From Gemmatimonadaceae bacterium (lineage in GTDB: Bacteria > Gemmatimonadota > Gemmatimonadetes > Gemmatimonadales > Gemmatimonadaceae): a DNA stretch of 25,925 nucleotides. The number at the start of each line of letters is the position of its first letter. Within the stretch, counting starts at the first letter, position 1. The DNA lies in contig JACMOE010000134.1 of assembly GCA_014378185.1 (NCBI GenBank), positions 1 to 25,925 on the forward strand, given 5' to 3'. Positions 1-9,207 of this stretch are shown here, piece after piece. Position numbers and translations under genes: made by a program. The notes below the pieces were generated by a model. It had not been told where the DNA came from, did no database searches, and was given only the letters and a program-made list of their open reading frames with translations.

Positions 1-300
1 CCGGGCCCAAATGTTGCGCCCGCTCCAATGAAAGCAAATGCAACAGATCTGGGTTGCTTGCGCATCATCGATACAGTCAAGCGTCAGCAATACGTCAAAA
101 TCCCAAGTTGTGCCATGAAATCCACAAATAAACGGCATGAAGCAACAATCCGACCGGTACTTCCACGCCGGGGAAATCGTCGCGCGCTGGCCGTCCTCCT
201 CCGCCACGAACCGGACCTTGCCGACTTCAAGGGCTGGTTCCGCGCCATGCCCCCCGGACGCCCAGAGCGACTCGGCGCCATTGCACCGGCCGGCGCATGA
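1..300 (+). CDS. Possible upstream ORF or 3' end of a gene; may be non-coding
   Basis: Frame 1 is open from base 1 to TGA at 298-300. This stop overlaps the treZ ATG (ATGA), as at the glgX/glgB junction. No recognisable motif, and roughly 28-150 is AT-rich and looks promoter-like. Confidence 0.2.
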   Translation, partial: PGPNVAPAPMKANATDLGCLRIIDTVKRQQYVKIPSCAMKSTNKRHEATIRPVLPRRGNRRALAVLLRHEPDLADFKGWFRAMPPGRPERLGAIAPAGA

Positions 301-2318
301 GCTACCCGGCCAGCATGGACATGCCGCGCGAAGGCGACGTCGACGTCGACGGCCGCTCGTGGCAACTTCACCGCGGCGCCACTGTGCACACGCACGCAGT
401 GGAGTTCAGCGTCTGGGCGCCAACGGCAACGTCGATGTCCGTCCACATCGCAACGGGCGACGCCGCCGGCGATCACCCGCTCGCGCAATCCGGCACGGAG
501 CGCGGTGTCTGGACCGCCACCATCGCAAAGGCGCGCGCCGGCGACCGCTACGGCTTCCGCATCGACGACGCCGACCCACTGCCAGACCCGATCAGTCGCT
601 CGCAACCGGACGGCGTCCACGGCCTGTCTGAAATCGTGGACCCCACGCTCTTCCTCTGGACGGACCAGGCATGGCACGGCGTCGCCATGGCGGACTTCGT
701 CATCTATGAACTGCACGTTGGCACCTTTACCACTGAAGGCACCTTCGAGGCGGCCGCCGCACGCCTGTCCGACCTCGTTGCGCTCGGCGTCACGGCCATC
801 GAGCTCATGCCCGTCGCCTCGTTTCCCGGACGTCGCAACTGGGGCTACGACGGGGTCAACTACTACGCCCCGCAACACTCGTACGGCGGCACCGATGGCC
901 TCAAGCACCTGGTAAACGCGGCACACGCACACGGACTAGGCGTGGTGCTCGACGTCGTCTACAATCACGTGGGCCCGGAAGGCAACTACCTCGGCCGCTT
1001 TGGCCCCTACTTCACCGATGTCTACCGCACGCCATGGGGCCCAGCGGTGAATTACGACGGTGCGGGCAGCGACAACGTACGCCGCTGGGCCCACGACAAC
1101 GCACTCTACTGGATCGCGGAATTCCACGTCGACGCGCTTCGCCTGGACGCGGTGCAGGGCATCTATGACTTCGGCTCGCTCTCATTCCTGGAAGAACTCT
1201 CGGACGAGGTTCACGATCTCGGCCGGCAACTCGGCCGCAAGGTGCAACTCATTGCGGAGAGTGACCTGAACGACCCGCGACTCGTGCGCCCGCCCAAGGA
1301 GGGCGGCTTTGGCCTCGATGCACAGTGGGCGGACGACGTCCACCACACCATCCACGCCGCGCTCACCGGCGAATCACACGGCTACTACCAGGATTTCGCC
1401 GGTATCGCCACCGTCGCCGACGTCTATGCCGAGCCGTTCTTCTATGCGCGGCGGTATGCCCCGCATCGCGATCGCGTGCACGGCCGCTCGCCGGCAGGTG
1501 TGCCACGCCAACGATTCATCGCCTCCATCCAGAACCACGACCAGACGGGCAATCGCCCCAACGGCGATCGCCTCGCCTCACTGGTGCCTCCAGACCGCCA
1601 ACGCCTCGCCGCGGCGCTGCTGCTCCTGTCGCCATACGTCCCCCTGCTGTTCATGGGCGAGGAATACGGCGAGACCGCGCCGTTCGCCTACTTCATCGAG
1701 CACGGTGACCCCACCCTCATCGACGCGGTGCGAGCCGGCCGCCAGCGCGAATACGACCTGCTGGGAATATCCGGCGAACAACTCGACCCGCAGGCAGAAT
1801 CCACCTTCCTGCGCTGCCGCCTGGATTGGGCCCGGCGCGAATCGCCGGATGGCTTACCACTGCTCACGCTGTACCGCGACCTCCTGGCGCTGCGTCGTGA
1901 GGAGCCGGCACTCAAGCCCGGTGCGAGCGAGACCCACGTGCAGGGCGCGGCAGAGTGGTTCACCGCGCTCCGCATCATGCCGCTTCTATATGACATCTAC
2001 GACGCCTCGCGCTCGCGCCGAGCACTCCTCTGCGTGTTCAACCTCTGTAGTCATGCCATGAACGTTCCCATACGCTCCGACGCGATCGGCGCGTGGAAGC
2101 TTCGCCTCTCCACCGAAGCCACTGGTTACGGCGGCACCGGCGTGATGGTGCACACCATTCCCGCAGAGCAAACGGCCCCGCCACCGAGCGACGCACCCAA
2201 ACGATTGATGGACATCGCACCGAAGGAGCCGCCCATTCGCACCATTCGCATGCCGGCCTGGAGCGCTGCCGTGTATACCCGCGATTTCGACGATGAAGTC
2301 AGCGGTGGTTACGCGTGA
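297..2318 (+). CDS. treZ: Malto-oligosyltrehalose trehalohydrolase (GH13)
   Basis: 673 aa with N-terminal 'FSVWAP' and motifs YELHVGTFT, WGYDG, DVVYNHVGPEGNYL, LRLDAV (nucleophile), QNHDQTGNR and LFMGEEY, all typical of TreZ. The start could be a downstream ATG (316 or 322). Confidence 0.92.
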   Translation: MSYPASMDMPREGDVDVDGRSWQLHRGATVHTHAVEFSVWAPTATSMSVHIATGDAAGDHPLAQSGTERGVWTATIAKARAGDRYGFRIDDADPLPDPISRSQPDGVHGLSEIVDPTLFLWTDQAWHGVAMADFVIYELHVGTFTTEGTFEAAAARLSDLVALGVTAIELMPVASFPGRRNWGYDGVNYYAPQHSYGGTDGLKHLVNAAHAHGLGVVLDVVYNHVGPEGNYLGRFGPYFTDVYRTPWGPAVNYDGAGSDNVRRWAHDNALYWIAEFHVDALRLDAVQGIYDFGSLSFLEELSDEVHDLGRQLGRKVQLIAESDLNDPRLVRPPKEGGFGLDAQWADDVHHTIHAALTGESHGYYQDFAGIATVADVYAEPFFYARRYAPHRDRVHGRSPAGVPRQRFIASIQNHDQTGNRPNGDRLASLVPPDRQRLAAALLLLSPYVPLLFMGEEYGETAPFAYFIEHGDPTLIDAVRAGRQREYDLLGISGEQLDPQAESTFLRCRLDWARRESPDGLPLLTLYRDLLALRREEPALKPGASETHVQGAAEWFTALRIMPLLYDIYDASRSRRALLCVFNLCSHAMNVPIRSDAIGAWKLRLSTEATGYGGTGVMVHTIPAEQTAPPPSDAPKRLMDIAPKEPPIRTIRMPAWSAAVYTRDFDDEVSGGYA

Positions 2319-4504
2319 CCATGCGCATCTGGCCCGGACGTCCCTACCCACTCGGCGCCACCTGGGACGGCATCGGCGTGAACTTCGCGCTGTTCTCCGA
2401 GCACGCCACCGGGGTGGAACTCTGCCTTTTCCAGGACGAGGGCGACACCAGGGAATCGTTGACGCTGTGGCTCACCGAACGCACGGACCAGGTGTGGCAT
2501 TGCTACTTGCCCGACCTGCGGCCTGGCCAGTTCTACGGCTATCGCGTGCATGGCCCATACGAGCCGCAGCTCGGCCACCGCTTCAATCCAGCCAAGCTGC
2601 TCATCGACCCGTATGCCAAGGCCATCACGAGCACCATCGAGTGGAGCAACGATCTCTTCGCCTACAAGGTGGGCGAACCGCTCGATGATCTCGAGCCGGA
2701 TCACGACAATTCCGCCGGTCGGGTGCCAAAGTCCGTGGTGATCGACAGCGCGTTCAGCTGGGGTGACGACGGACCGATCCATGTGCCGTACAACCGCACC
2801 ATCATCTACGAGTGTCACGTGAAGGGAATGACCATGCGGCATCCCGACGTGCCGCCCGAGCTGCGCGGGACGTACCTGGGGCTGTGCAGTGACGCCATGC
2901 TGGACTACTTCCAGAAGCTTGGCGTGACCGCAGTGGAACTGCTGCCGGTGCACCAGTCCGTGGTGGACCGCCACCTCGCCGAGCGCGGTCTCACGAACTA
3001 CTGGGGGTACAACACGATCGGGTTCTTTGCGCCCGAAGTGAGGTACGCCACGCGCGGGCTCGGCAACCAGGTCCACGAGTTCAAGACCATGGTGAAGACA
3101 CTGCACGCCGCCGGCCTGGAGGTGATTCTCGACGTTGTCTACAACCATACGGGCGAGGGCAACCACCTCGGACCGACGCTGTCGATGAAGGGGATCGACA
3201 ATCGTGCGTATTACCGCCTGGAGACGGAAAATCCGCGCTTCTACACGGACTTTACCGGCACGGGCAACTCGCTCAACATGCAGCACCCGCGCACCATCCA
3301 GCTGGTGATGGATTCGCTGCGCTACTGGGTGGACGAGATGCATGTCGATGGCTTCCGGTTCGACCTGGCGCCCGTGCTCGCGCGTGAGTCGTACGACGTG
3401 GACAAGCTGTCGGCCTTCTTCGACGTCATGCACCAGGATCCCACTCTCGCGCGCGTGAAGCTCATCGCGGAGCCGTGGGACGTGGGGCCTGGTGGCTACC
3501 AGGCGGGCAACTTTCCCGTGCGCTGGACGGAATGGAACGGCAAATACCGCGATGCGGTGCGGAAGTTCTGGCGCGGGGAGCCGGGCCAGGTGTCGGAACT
3601 GGCCAGCCGCCTGGCGGGGTCGAGCGACATCTTCTCGCACAGCGATCGCGGCCTGTACGCGAGCATCAACTTCATCACCGCGCACGATGGCTACACGCTG
3701 CGCGACCTGGTGAGCTACGAGCAGAAGCACAATGACGCCAATGGAGAGAACAACCAGGACGGCCACAACGACAACCTGAGCCGCAACTGGGGAACGGAGG
3801 GCGAGACGACCGACGCGAACATCATCAGTATGCGATACCGCCTGATGAGGAGCTTCCTGGCCACGCTGGCCTTCTCGCAGGGCGTGCCGATGCTGGCGCA
3901 CGGCGACGAGCTGGGACGTACCCAGGGCGGCAACAACAACGCGTACGCCCAGGACAACGAGATCACGTGGATGAACTGGGATCTCACCGAGGAGCAGGCG
4001 GCGCTACTCAAGTTCACGCAGGAGCTGTTGGCTATTCGCCAGGCGAATCCCGTCCTCCGGCGCAGGCACTTCTTCCGCGGCGAAGCAGTTGCCGGATCGA
4101 CCCGGAAGGATGTCACCTGGATCCGGCCCGACGGACGAGAGCTTTCTGACGTAGATTGGCGCAACGCGGGCGCACACGTCATTGGCATGCTCATCGACGG
4201 CGCAGCGACGGACGAGGTAGGCGAGCGCGGTCACGCGGTACTCGGTGATACGCTGCTCATTCTGATGAATGCCGGCGAGGACGCGATGCCATTCTCCTTG
4301 CCGGCGCTCAATGCCGAGGGCGAGAACATCTGGGTGACCATGGTGGACACGGCGCGCGAGGAGCTGCTGGTAGTGCGGAATGGCGCGGTGAGCGTGGATC
4401 CCCACGCGGTGATGCTGCTGCGCTTCGGGATCGACCGCCGCATGCCGGCGGCCATGGAACTGCGGCGCGAGAGGCCCTCCATCGTGGAGCAGCACACCCT
4501 ATGA
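2315..4504 (+). CDS. glgX: Glycogen debranching enzyme / isoamylase (GH13)
   Basis: PYPLGATWDGIGVNFALFSE, LLIDPYAKA, NYWGYNTIGFFAP, DGFRFDLA, KLIAEPWD, NFITAHDGYTL, GNNNAYAQDNE. The GTG start overlaps the treZ stop; alternative ATG at 2321. Confidence 0.96.
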   Translation: MTMRIWPGRPYPLGATWDGIGVNFALFSEHATGVELCLFQDEGDTRESLTLWLTERTDQVWHCYLPDLRPGQFYGYRVHGPYEPQLGHRFNPAKLLIDPYAKAITSTIEWSNDLFAYKVGEPLDDLEPDHDNSAGRVPKSVVIDSAFSWGDDGPIHVPYNRTIIYECHVKGMTMRHPDVPPELRGTYLGLCSDAMLDYFQKLGVTAVELLPVHQSVVDRHLAERGLTNYWGYNTIGFFAPEVRYATRGLGNQVHEFKTMVKTLHAAGLEVILDVVYNHTGEGNHLGPTLSMKGIDNRAYYRLETENPRFYTDFTGTGNSLNMQHPRTIQLVMDSLRYWVDEMHVDGFRFDLAPVLARESYDVDKLSAFFDVMHQDPTLARVKLIAEPWDVGPGGYQAGNFPVRWTEWNGKYRDAVRKFWRGEPGQVSELASRLAGSSDIFSHSDRGLYASINFITAHDGYTLRDLVSYEQKHNDANGENNQDGHNDNLSRNWGTEGETTDANIISMRYRLMRSFLATLAFSQGVPMLAHGDELGRTQGGNNNAYAQDNEITWMNWDLTEEQAALLKFTQELLAIRQANPVLRRRHFFRGEAVAGSTRKDVTWIRPDGRELSDVDWRNAGAHVIGMLIDGAATDEVGERGHAVLGDTLLILMNAGEDAMPFSLPALNAEGENIWVTMVDTAREELLVVRNGAVSVDPHAVMLLRFGIDRRMPAAMELRRERPSIVEQHTL

Positions 4505-6693
4505 GCACCATCGACGCGGGCGCGCGGCACGCCATTCTCGACGGCCGGCATTCGGACCCGCACCAGCTGCTGGGCGCGCATCACCACGAGGTAAACGGCA
4601 GGCCTGCGGTGATCGTTCGCGTGTTCCAGCCCGAGGCGGCGGATTGCTACGTGGTGCGCCATGGTGTCGCGGCGGCCATGAAGGACGAGGGCGATGGGTT
4701 CTTTTCGCTCGTGCTGCCCGGCGCAGCGCTGCCATTGCACTACACGCTGCGATTTCTCGCGGCCGACGGGCGCTCATGGGAACGAGGCGATGCCTATCGC
4801 CACCCGCCCACGGTGGGCGAGATGGACCTGCACCTCTTCAACGAAGGCACGCATCGCGAGCTCTGGACCCTGCTCGGTGCACACCTGCGCACCATCGACG
4901 GGGACGAGGGCACCAGGTTCGTCGTGTGGGCCCCCAATGCGGAGAGGGTCAGCGTCGTAGGCGACTGGTGCAACTGGGACGGTCGCCAATTCCCGATGCG
5001 CCGCATGCAGGGCAGCGGATTGTGGGAGCTCTTCATTCCTGGCGTGGCGGCGAACGCGCTTTACAAGTTCGAGCTGCGCACCCGCGAAGGACTGCTGCGC
5101 CTCAAGTCCGATCCCGTGGGGTTCAAGATGCAGTCGGCGCCGGACTCAGCGTCGATCGTGGTGCCGGAGGGCACCTACCACTGGCGCGACGACGCGTGGA
5201 TGACGGCGCGCCGCACCCGCGACCAGGTGCGCGAGCCGGTGCACATCTATGAAGTACACCTCGGCGCATGGGCCCGTGTCCCCGAACAGGGCGACAGGTC
5301 CATGACGTATCGCGAAATTGCGCCGAGGCTTGTGGACCATGTGCGACGGATGGGCTTTACGCACGTGGAGCTGCTGCCCGTGATGGAGCACCCCTTCTAC
5401 GGATCCTGGGGCTATCAGGTAACCGGGTACTTCGCACCGTCGTCGCGGTACGGCACGTCCGACGACCTCCGTTACCTCATCGACGCCCTGCACCAGGCGG
5501 ACATTGGCGTGTTGCTGGACTGGGTGCCGGCGCACTTTCCCAAGGACGACAACGCGCTGCGCCGCTTCGACGGCACGGCGCTCTACGAGCACGAGGATCC
5601 ACGCCTCGGCGAGCACCCCGATTGGGGTACGCTGATCTTCAACTACGGTCGCAGCGAAGTGCGCAACTTCCTCGTGGCCAACGCGCTCTACTGGCTGAAC
5701 GAGTTCCACGTGGACGGCCTGCGCGTGGACGCCGTGGCGTCCATGCTCTACCTGGATTACAGCCGAGAGGCGGGGCAGTGGGTGCCCAACAAGCACGGTG
5801 GCCGCGAGAACCTCGACGCCATCGACTTCCTGCGCGAGATGAACGCCATCGTGCATCGCGATGCGCCCGGCTGTGTCACCATCGCCGAGGATTCGACGGC
5901 GTGGCCTGGTGTCACGCGGCCCATCAACGAAGGGGGGCTCGGGTTCACCTTCAAGTGGAACATGGGCTGGATGCACGACACGCTCGCGTACTTCGAGAAG
6001 GATCCGCTCTACCGCCGGTACCATCAGGACCTGCTTACGTTCGCCATGATCTACGAGCACACCGAGAACTTCATCATGCCCCTCTCGCACGACGAGATGG
6101 TGCACCTGAAGGGATCGCTGTACCAGAAAATGCCGGGCGACCACTGGCAAAAGCTCGCCAACCTTCGCGCGCTGTTCGCCTACATGCTCACGCGGCCCGG
6201 CAAGTCGCTGCTGTTCATGGGTAGCGAGCTGGCGGTGCCAGGCGAGTGGAATCATGACGTCTCGCTGGACTGGCACCTGGCCCACGAGCCGGATCGGGCG
6301 GCGTTCATGGCGTTCGTGCAACGGCTTGGTCGCGTGTATCAGGAGCACAGTGCCTTCTGGCAACTCGACTGCGAGCCACGCGGCTTCGAGTGGATCGATG
6401 CATCGGACAAGGACAACTCGGTGCTCTCGTTCGTGCGGCGCAGCGCGAACGAGCATGCGATCGTGGTGCTGAACCTTCAGCCCACCGTGCATGCGTCGTA
6501 TCGCATCGGCGTGCCGGACTGGGGCGAGTACACCTGCGTGCTGAACAGCGACGCGAGTGAGTGGGGGGGCAGCGGGTACGGGGTAATCACTTCCGTACAC
6601 ACTGACGATATTCCGTATCATGGCCGTCGCCACTCCGTGAATCTCGCGCTGCCGCCGCTCTCGGCGCTGGTGCTGATGCCAGCTGCGAAGTAG
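4501..6693 (+). CDS. glgB: 1,4-alpha-glucan branching enzyme
   Basis: FVVWAPNA, IYEVHLGAW, SWGYQVTGYFAP, DWVPAHFP, DGLRVDAVASMLY, KWNMGWMHD, LSHDEMVH. ATGA overlap with the glgX stop. Confidence 0.97.
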   Translation: MSTIDAGARHAILDGRHSDPHQLLGAHHHEVNGRPAVIVRVFQPEAADCYVVRHGVAAAMKDEGDGFFSLVLPGAALPLHYTLRFLAADGRSWERGDAYRHPPTVGEMDLHLFNEGTHRELWTLLGAHLRTIDGDEGTRFVVWAPNAERVSVVGDWCNWDGRQFPMRRMQGSGLWELFIPGVAANALYKFELRTREGLLRLKSDPVGFKMQSAPDSASIVVPEGTYHWRDDAWMTARRTRDQVREPVHIYEVHLGAWARVPEQGDRSMTYREIAPRLVDHVRRMGFTHVELLPVMEHPFYGSWGYQVTGYFAPSSRYGTSDDLRYLIDALHQADIGVLLDWVPAHFPKDDNALRRFDGTALYEHEDPRLGEHPDWGTLIFNYGRSEVRNFLVANALYWLNEFHVDGLRVDAVASMLYLDYSREAGQWVPNKHGGRENLDAIDFLREMNAIVHRDAPGCVTIAEDSTAWPGVTRPINEGGLGFTFKWNMGWMHDTLAYFEKDPLYRRYHQDLLTFAMIYEHTENFIMPLSHDEMVHLKGSLYQKMPGDHWQKLANLRALFAYMLTRPGKSLLFMGSELAVPGEWNHDVSLDWHLAHEPDRAAFMAFVQRLGRVYQEHSAFWQLDCEPRGFEWIDASDKDNSVLSFVRRSANEHAIVVLNLQPTVHASYRIGVPDWGEYTCVLNSDASEWGGSGYGVITSVHTDDIPYHGRRHSVNLALPPLSALVLMPAAK

Positions 6694-6725
6694 CGTCGGC
6701 ACGACGGAAGACCCACCAGACCAAA

Positions 6726-8882
6726 ATGGAAGATTTCGAACGCCCGCTGCTCCGCCAGCTCGCCACCCGCATGGGGATCGTGGACGCCTACGTCGACCAG
6801 TCGGGCGACGAGATGCGTCATACATCGGACGCCACGCGCGAACGGCTGCTTGCCGCCATGGGGCTCGATGCAAGCACGGAAGCGCGAGCGGCGCGCGTAC
6901 TGCGTCGGCTCCGACGCGAAAAACGGGCGCAGTGCATCGCGCCGGTGCGCGTCGTGCGGCAGCGCAGCAAGCGCCTGTCGCGCGTGCTGGTGCGCGTTCC
7001 GCACATGGATGCGGAGCACGTAGCGTGGCGACTCACGCTGGTGACGGAGGAGGGGATCCGCACCGAATGGAGCGGCGACACGCACGGTGGCCCCTCGCGT
7101 CGCATGGCGCTCACGCTGCCGGTGGTTCCGCCACTGGGCTACCACTCGCTGGACGTGGATTTCCACGCGGGAGATACGCATCGCCGCGGCACGCAGCGGC
7201 TGATCGTGGTGCCATCGCGCTGCACGCCACCGGAAGCCCGCCTGCACGGGCACCGCGGATTCGGCATCACCACCAACCTCTACACGGTCCGGAGCGCAGG
7301 GAACTGGGGCGCGGGCGACATTGGCGACATCAAGTCGATCGCGCACTGGCTCGGTCACTACGGCGGATCGTTCGTGGGCATGAACCCGCTGCACGCATTG
7401 CGCAACGCGGGTTACGACGTGAGCCCGTACAGCCCCATCACGCGCCTCTTTCGCAACCCGCTCTACCTGCGCGTGGAGGACGTGCCCGAGCTTGCGCACG
7501 ATGCGTCGGCGCGCGAGCAGATCGCGTCGCCCGCATTCCAGGCCGAGCTCGCGGAGTTGCGCGCCGCGTCAATGGTGGATTACGAGCGCGTGATGGCGCT
7601 CCGCATGCCGGTGCTCGTGAGCCTGCATCGCACCTTCCAGCTGCGCGAGGTGACGAACAACTCGCCACGTGCGCGTGAGTACGCCAACTACATCGCGCGG
7701 GAGGATCCGCCGCTCACGGGCTTCGCGACGTACATGGCCATCGCCGAGCGAGAAGGACCGGACGCTCGGCGCTGGCCGGAACCGCTGCGCAATGCCAATG
7801 GTGACGCGGTGGCCCAGCTGCGAGGTGAGCTGTCCGACCGCGTGGATTACCATCGCTGGCTCCAGTTCGAGCTGGACCGCCAGCTCGGCGTTGCCGAGTC
7901 TGACGCCATGCAGTCGGGTCTCGAGTTGGGAATGTATCAGGATCTCGCTGTGGGTTCCGCGTCGTCCGGCAGCGATGTGTGGTCGCATCCAGAGCTGTTC
8001 CTGCTGGGTGCCACCGTTGGTGCTCCGCCGGACATGTACTCCGACGAAGGCCAGAACTGGGGATTGCCTGCCATCAATCCGCACGTGCTGCGCGCCACCG
8101 GCTACGAGTACTGGACGCGACTGCTGCGCGCCGGCTTCCGGCACACGGGCGCACTGCGCATCGACCACGCGCTTGGCCTGTTCCGGATGTTCTGGGTTCC
8201 GCTTGGCGAGTCGGCGCGGAAGGGCGCGTATGTGCGCTCGTTCAGTGCAGAACTGTTCGGCATCATCGCGCTGGAGAGCGTGCGCCACAATGCGCTGGTT
8301 GTAGGTGAGGATCTCGGCACGGTGCCGCCCGATGTGCCGGGCGTACTCGCGAAGTGGGGTGTGCTGGGTTCGAAGGTACAGGTGTTCGAGCGGGACTTTC
8401 ACACGGGTCGTTTCCGGGATGCGGACGCGTACCCACGGATGGCGCTGGCCACGGTGAATACGCACGACCTGCCGCCGCTGGTAGGGTGGGCGGAGGCGCG
8501 GGACATCATGCTGCGGAGCGAGGTGGGGGACCTGGCCGACGCGGGTGCGGCGTCGGCCATGCGTGCGTCGCGCATGAATGATCTTGGCGCTCTGGTCACG
8601 TCCCTCATCGATGCGGGACTGCTGCCGCACGACGCGCATCAGCATGTGACGTCCGACACGCTGATTCCAGCGGTGCACGCGTTCATTCGCCGCACGCCCT
8701 CGGCGCTTGTGGGGTTGTCGCTGGACGACCTGGCGCATGAGGCCACGCCGGTGAACATCCCGGGGGTGTGGCAGGACCGGTACCCAAGCTGGTCCCGCCG
8801 CATGCGCGAGACTCTCGAGGAGCTGTTTGGGGGAGCCAGGGCGGAAACATCACTGGGTGGGCGGAGATCTGACGGCATGTGA
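6726..8882 (+). CDS. malQ: 4-alpha-glucanotransferase (amylomaltase, GH77), long form
   Basis: GAGDIGD, SPYSPITR, YQDLAVG, GAPPD, QNWGLP, RIDHALG, GEDLG and THDLP motifs of GH77. Confidence 0.95.
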   Translation: MEDFERPLLRQLATRMGIVDAYVDQSGDEMRHTSDATRERLLAAMGLDASTEARAARVLRRLRREKRAQCIAPVRVVRQRSKRLSRVLVRVPHMDAEHVAWRLTLVTEEGIRTEWSGDTHGGPSRRMALTLPVVPPLGYHSLDVDFHAGDTHRRGTQRLIVVPSRCTPPEARLHGHRGFGITTNLYTVRSAGNWGAGDIGDIKSIAHWLGHYGGSFVGMNPLHALRNAGYDVSPYSPITRLFRNPLYLRVEDVPELAHDASAREQIASPAFQAELAELRAASMVDYERVMALRMPVLVSLHRTFQLREVTNNSPRAREYANYIAREDPPLTGFATYMAIAEREGPDARRWPEPLRNANGDAVAQLRGELSDRVDYHRWLQFELDRQLGVAESDAMQSGLELGMYQDLAVGSASSGSDVWSHPELFLLGATVGAPPDMYSDEGQNWGLPAINPHVLRATGYEYWTRLLRAGFRHTGALRIDHALGLFRMFWVPLGESARKGAYVRSFSAELFGIIALESVRHNALVVGEDLGTVPPDVPGVLAKWGVLGSKVQVFERDFHTGRFRDADAYPRMALATVNTHDLPPLVGWAEARDIMLRSEVGDLADAGAASAMRASRMNDLGALVTSLIDAGLLPHDAHQHVTSDTLIPAVHAFIRRTPSALVGLSLDDLAHEATPVNIPGVWQDRYPSWSRRMRETLEELFGGARAETSLGGRRSDGM

Positions 8883-9086
8883 CGTCAGAAGCAGACGGCC
8901 GACATCCGACATCGCACCCAACGTCAAACGCAGGATGTGGTGTCGAGAACGGGCTGGCCTCGCGATGCTTCATTCACGCCACCAAACAGGTGGCAGATGC
9001 TGGAACGCTCCGTCTTCACAAGCTTTTTTTCGACACTCTCGATAGCCCTGCTGCACCGAAATCGATTGCGGTAGAAGTGCGGTCAG

Positions 9087-9114
9087 TTGAACCTCGGCGA
9101 TCCGTGGGTACAAT
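9087..9114 (+). promoter_or_regulatory. Candidate sigma70 promoter for glgP
   Basis: TTGAAC (9087-9092), a 16-bp spacer, then TACAAT (9109-9114), about 95 nt upstream of the glgP ATG inside a 325-nt intergenic gap. Confidence 0.5.
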
Positions 9115-9207
9115 TCCCTCATCATTCTGGCGTTCATAGACCGTCGCGCGCTCCAGCGGTACGAGGAGCGGGCGTTGCGGTTCTTTGCGATACAGTTCGA
9201 GGAATTC

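Noticed and set aside
6694-6706. CGTCG-GCA-CGACG hairpin between glgB and malQ
   Set aside because: It has only a 5-bp stem and no U-tract, which is expected by chance at this GC content.
8995-9030. TTTTTT run after malQ as a possible terminator
   Set aside because: There is no stable stem directly adjacent to the T-run; only weak, bulged pairing is available.
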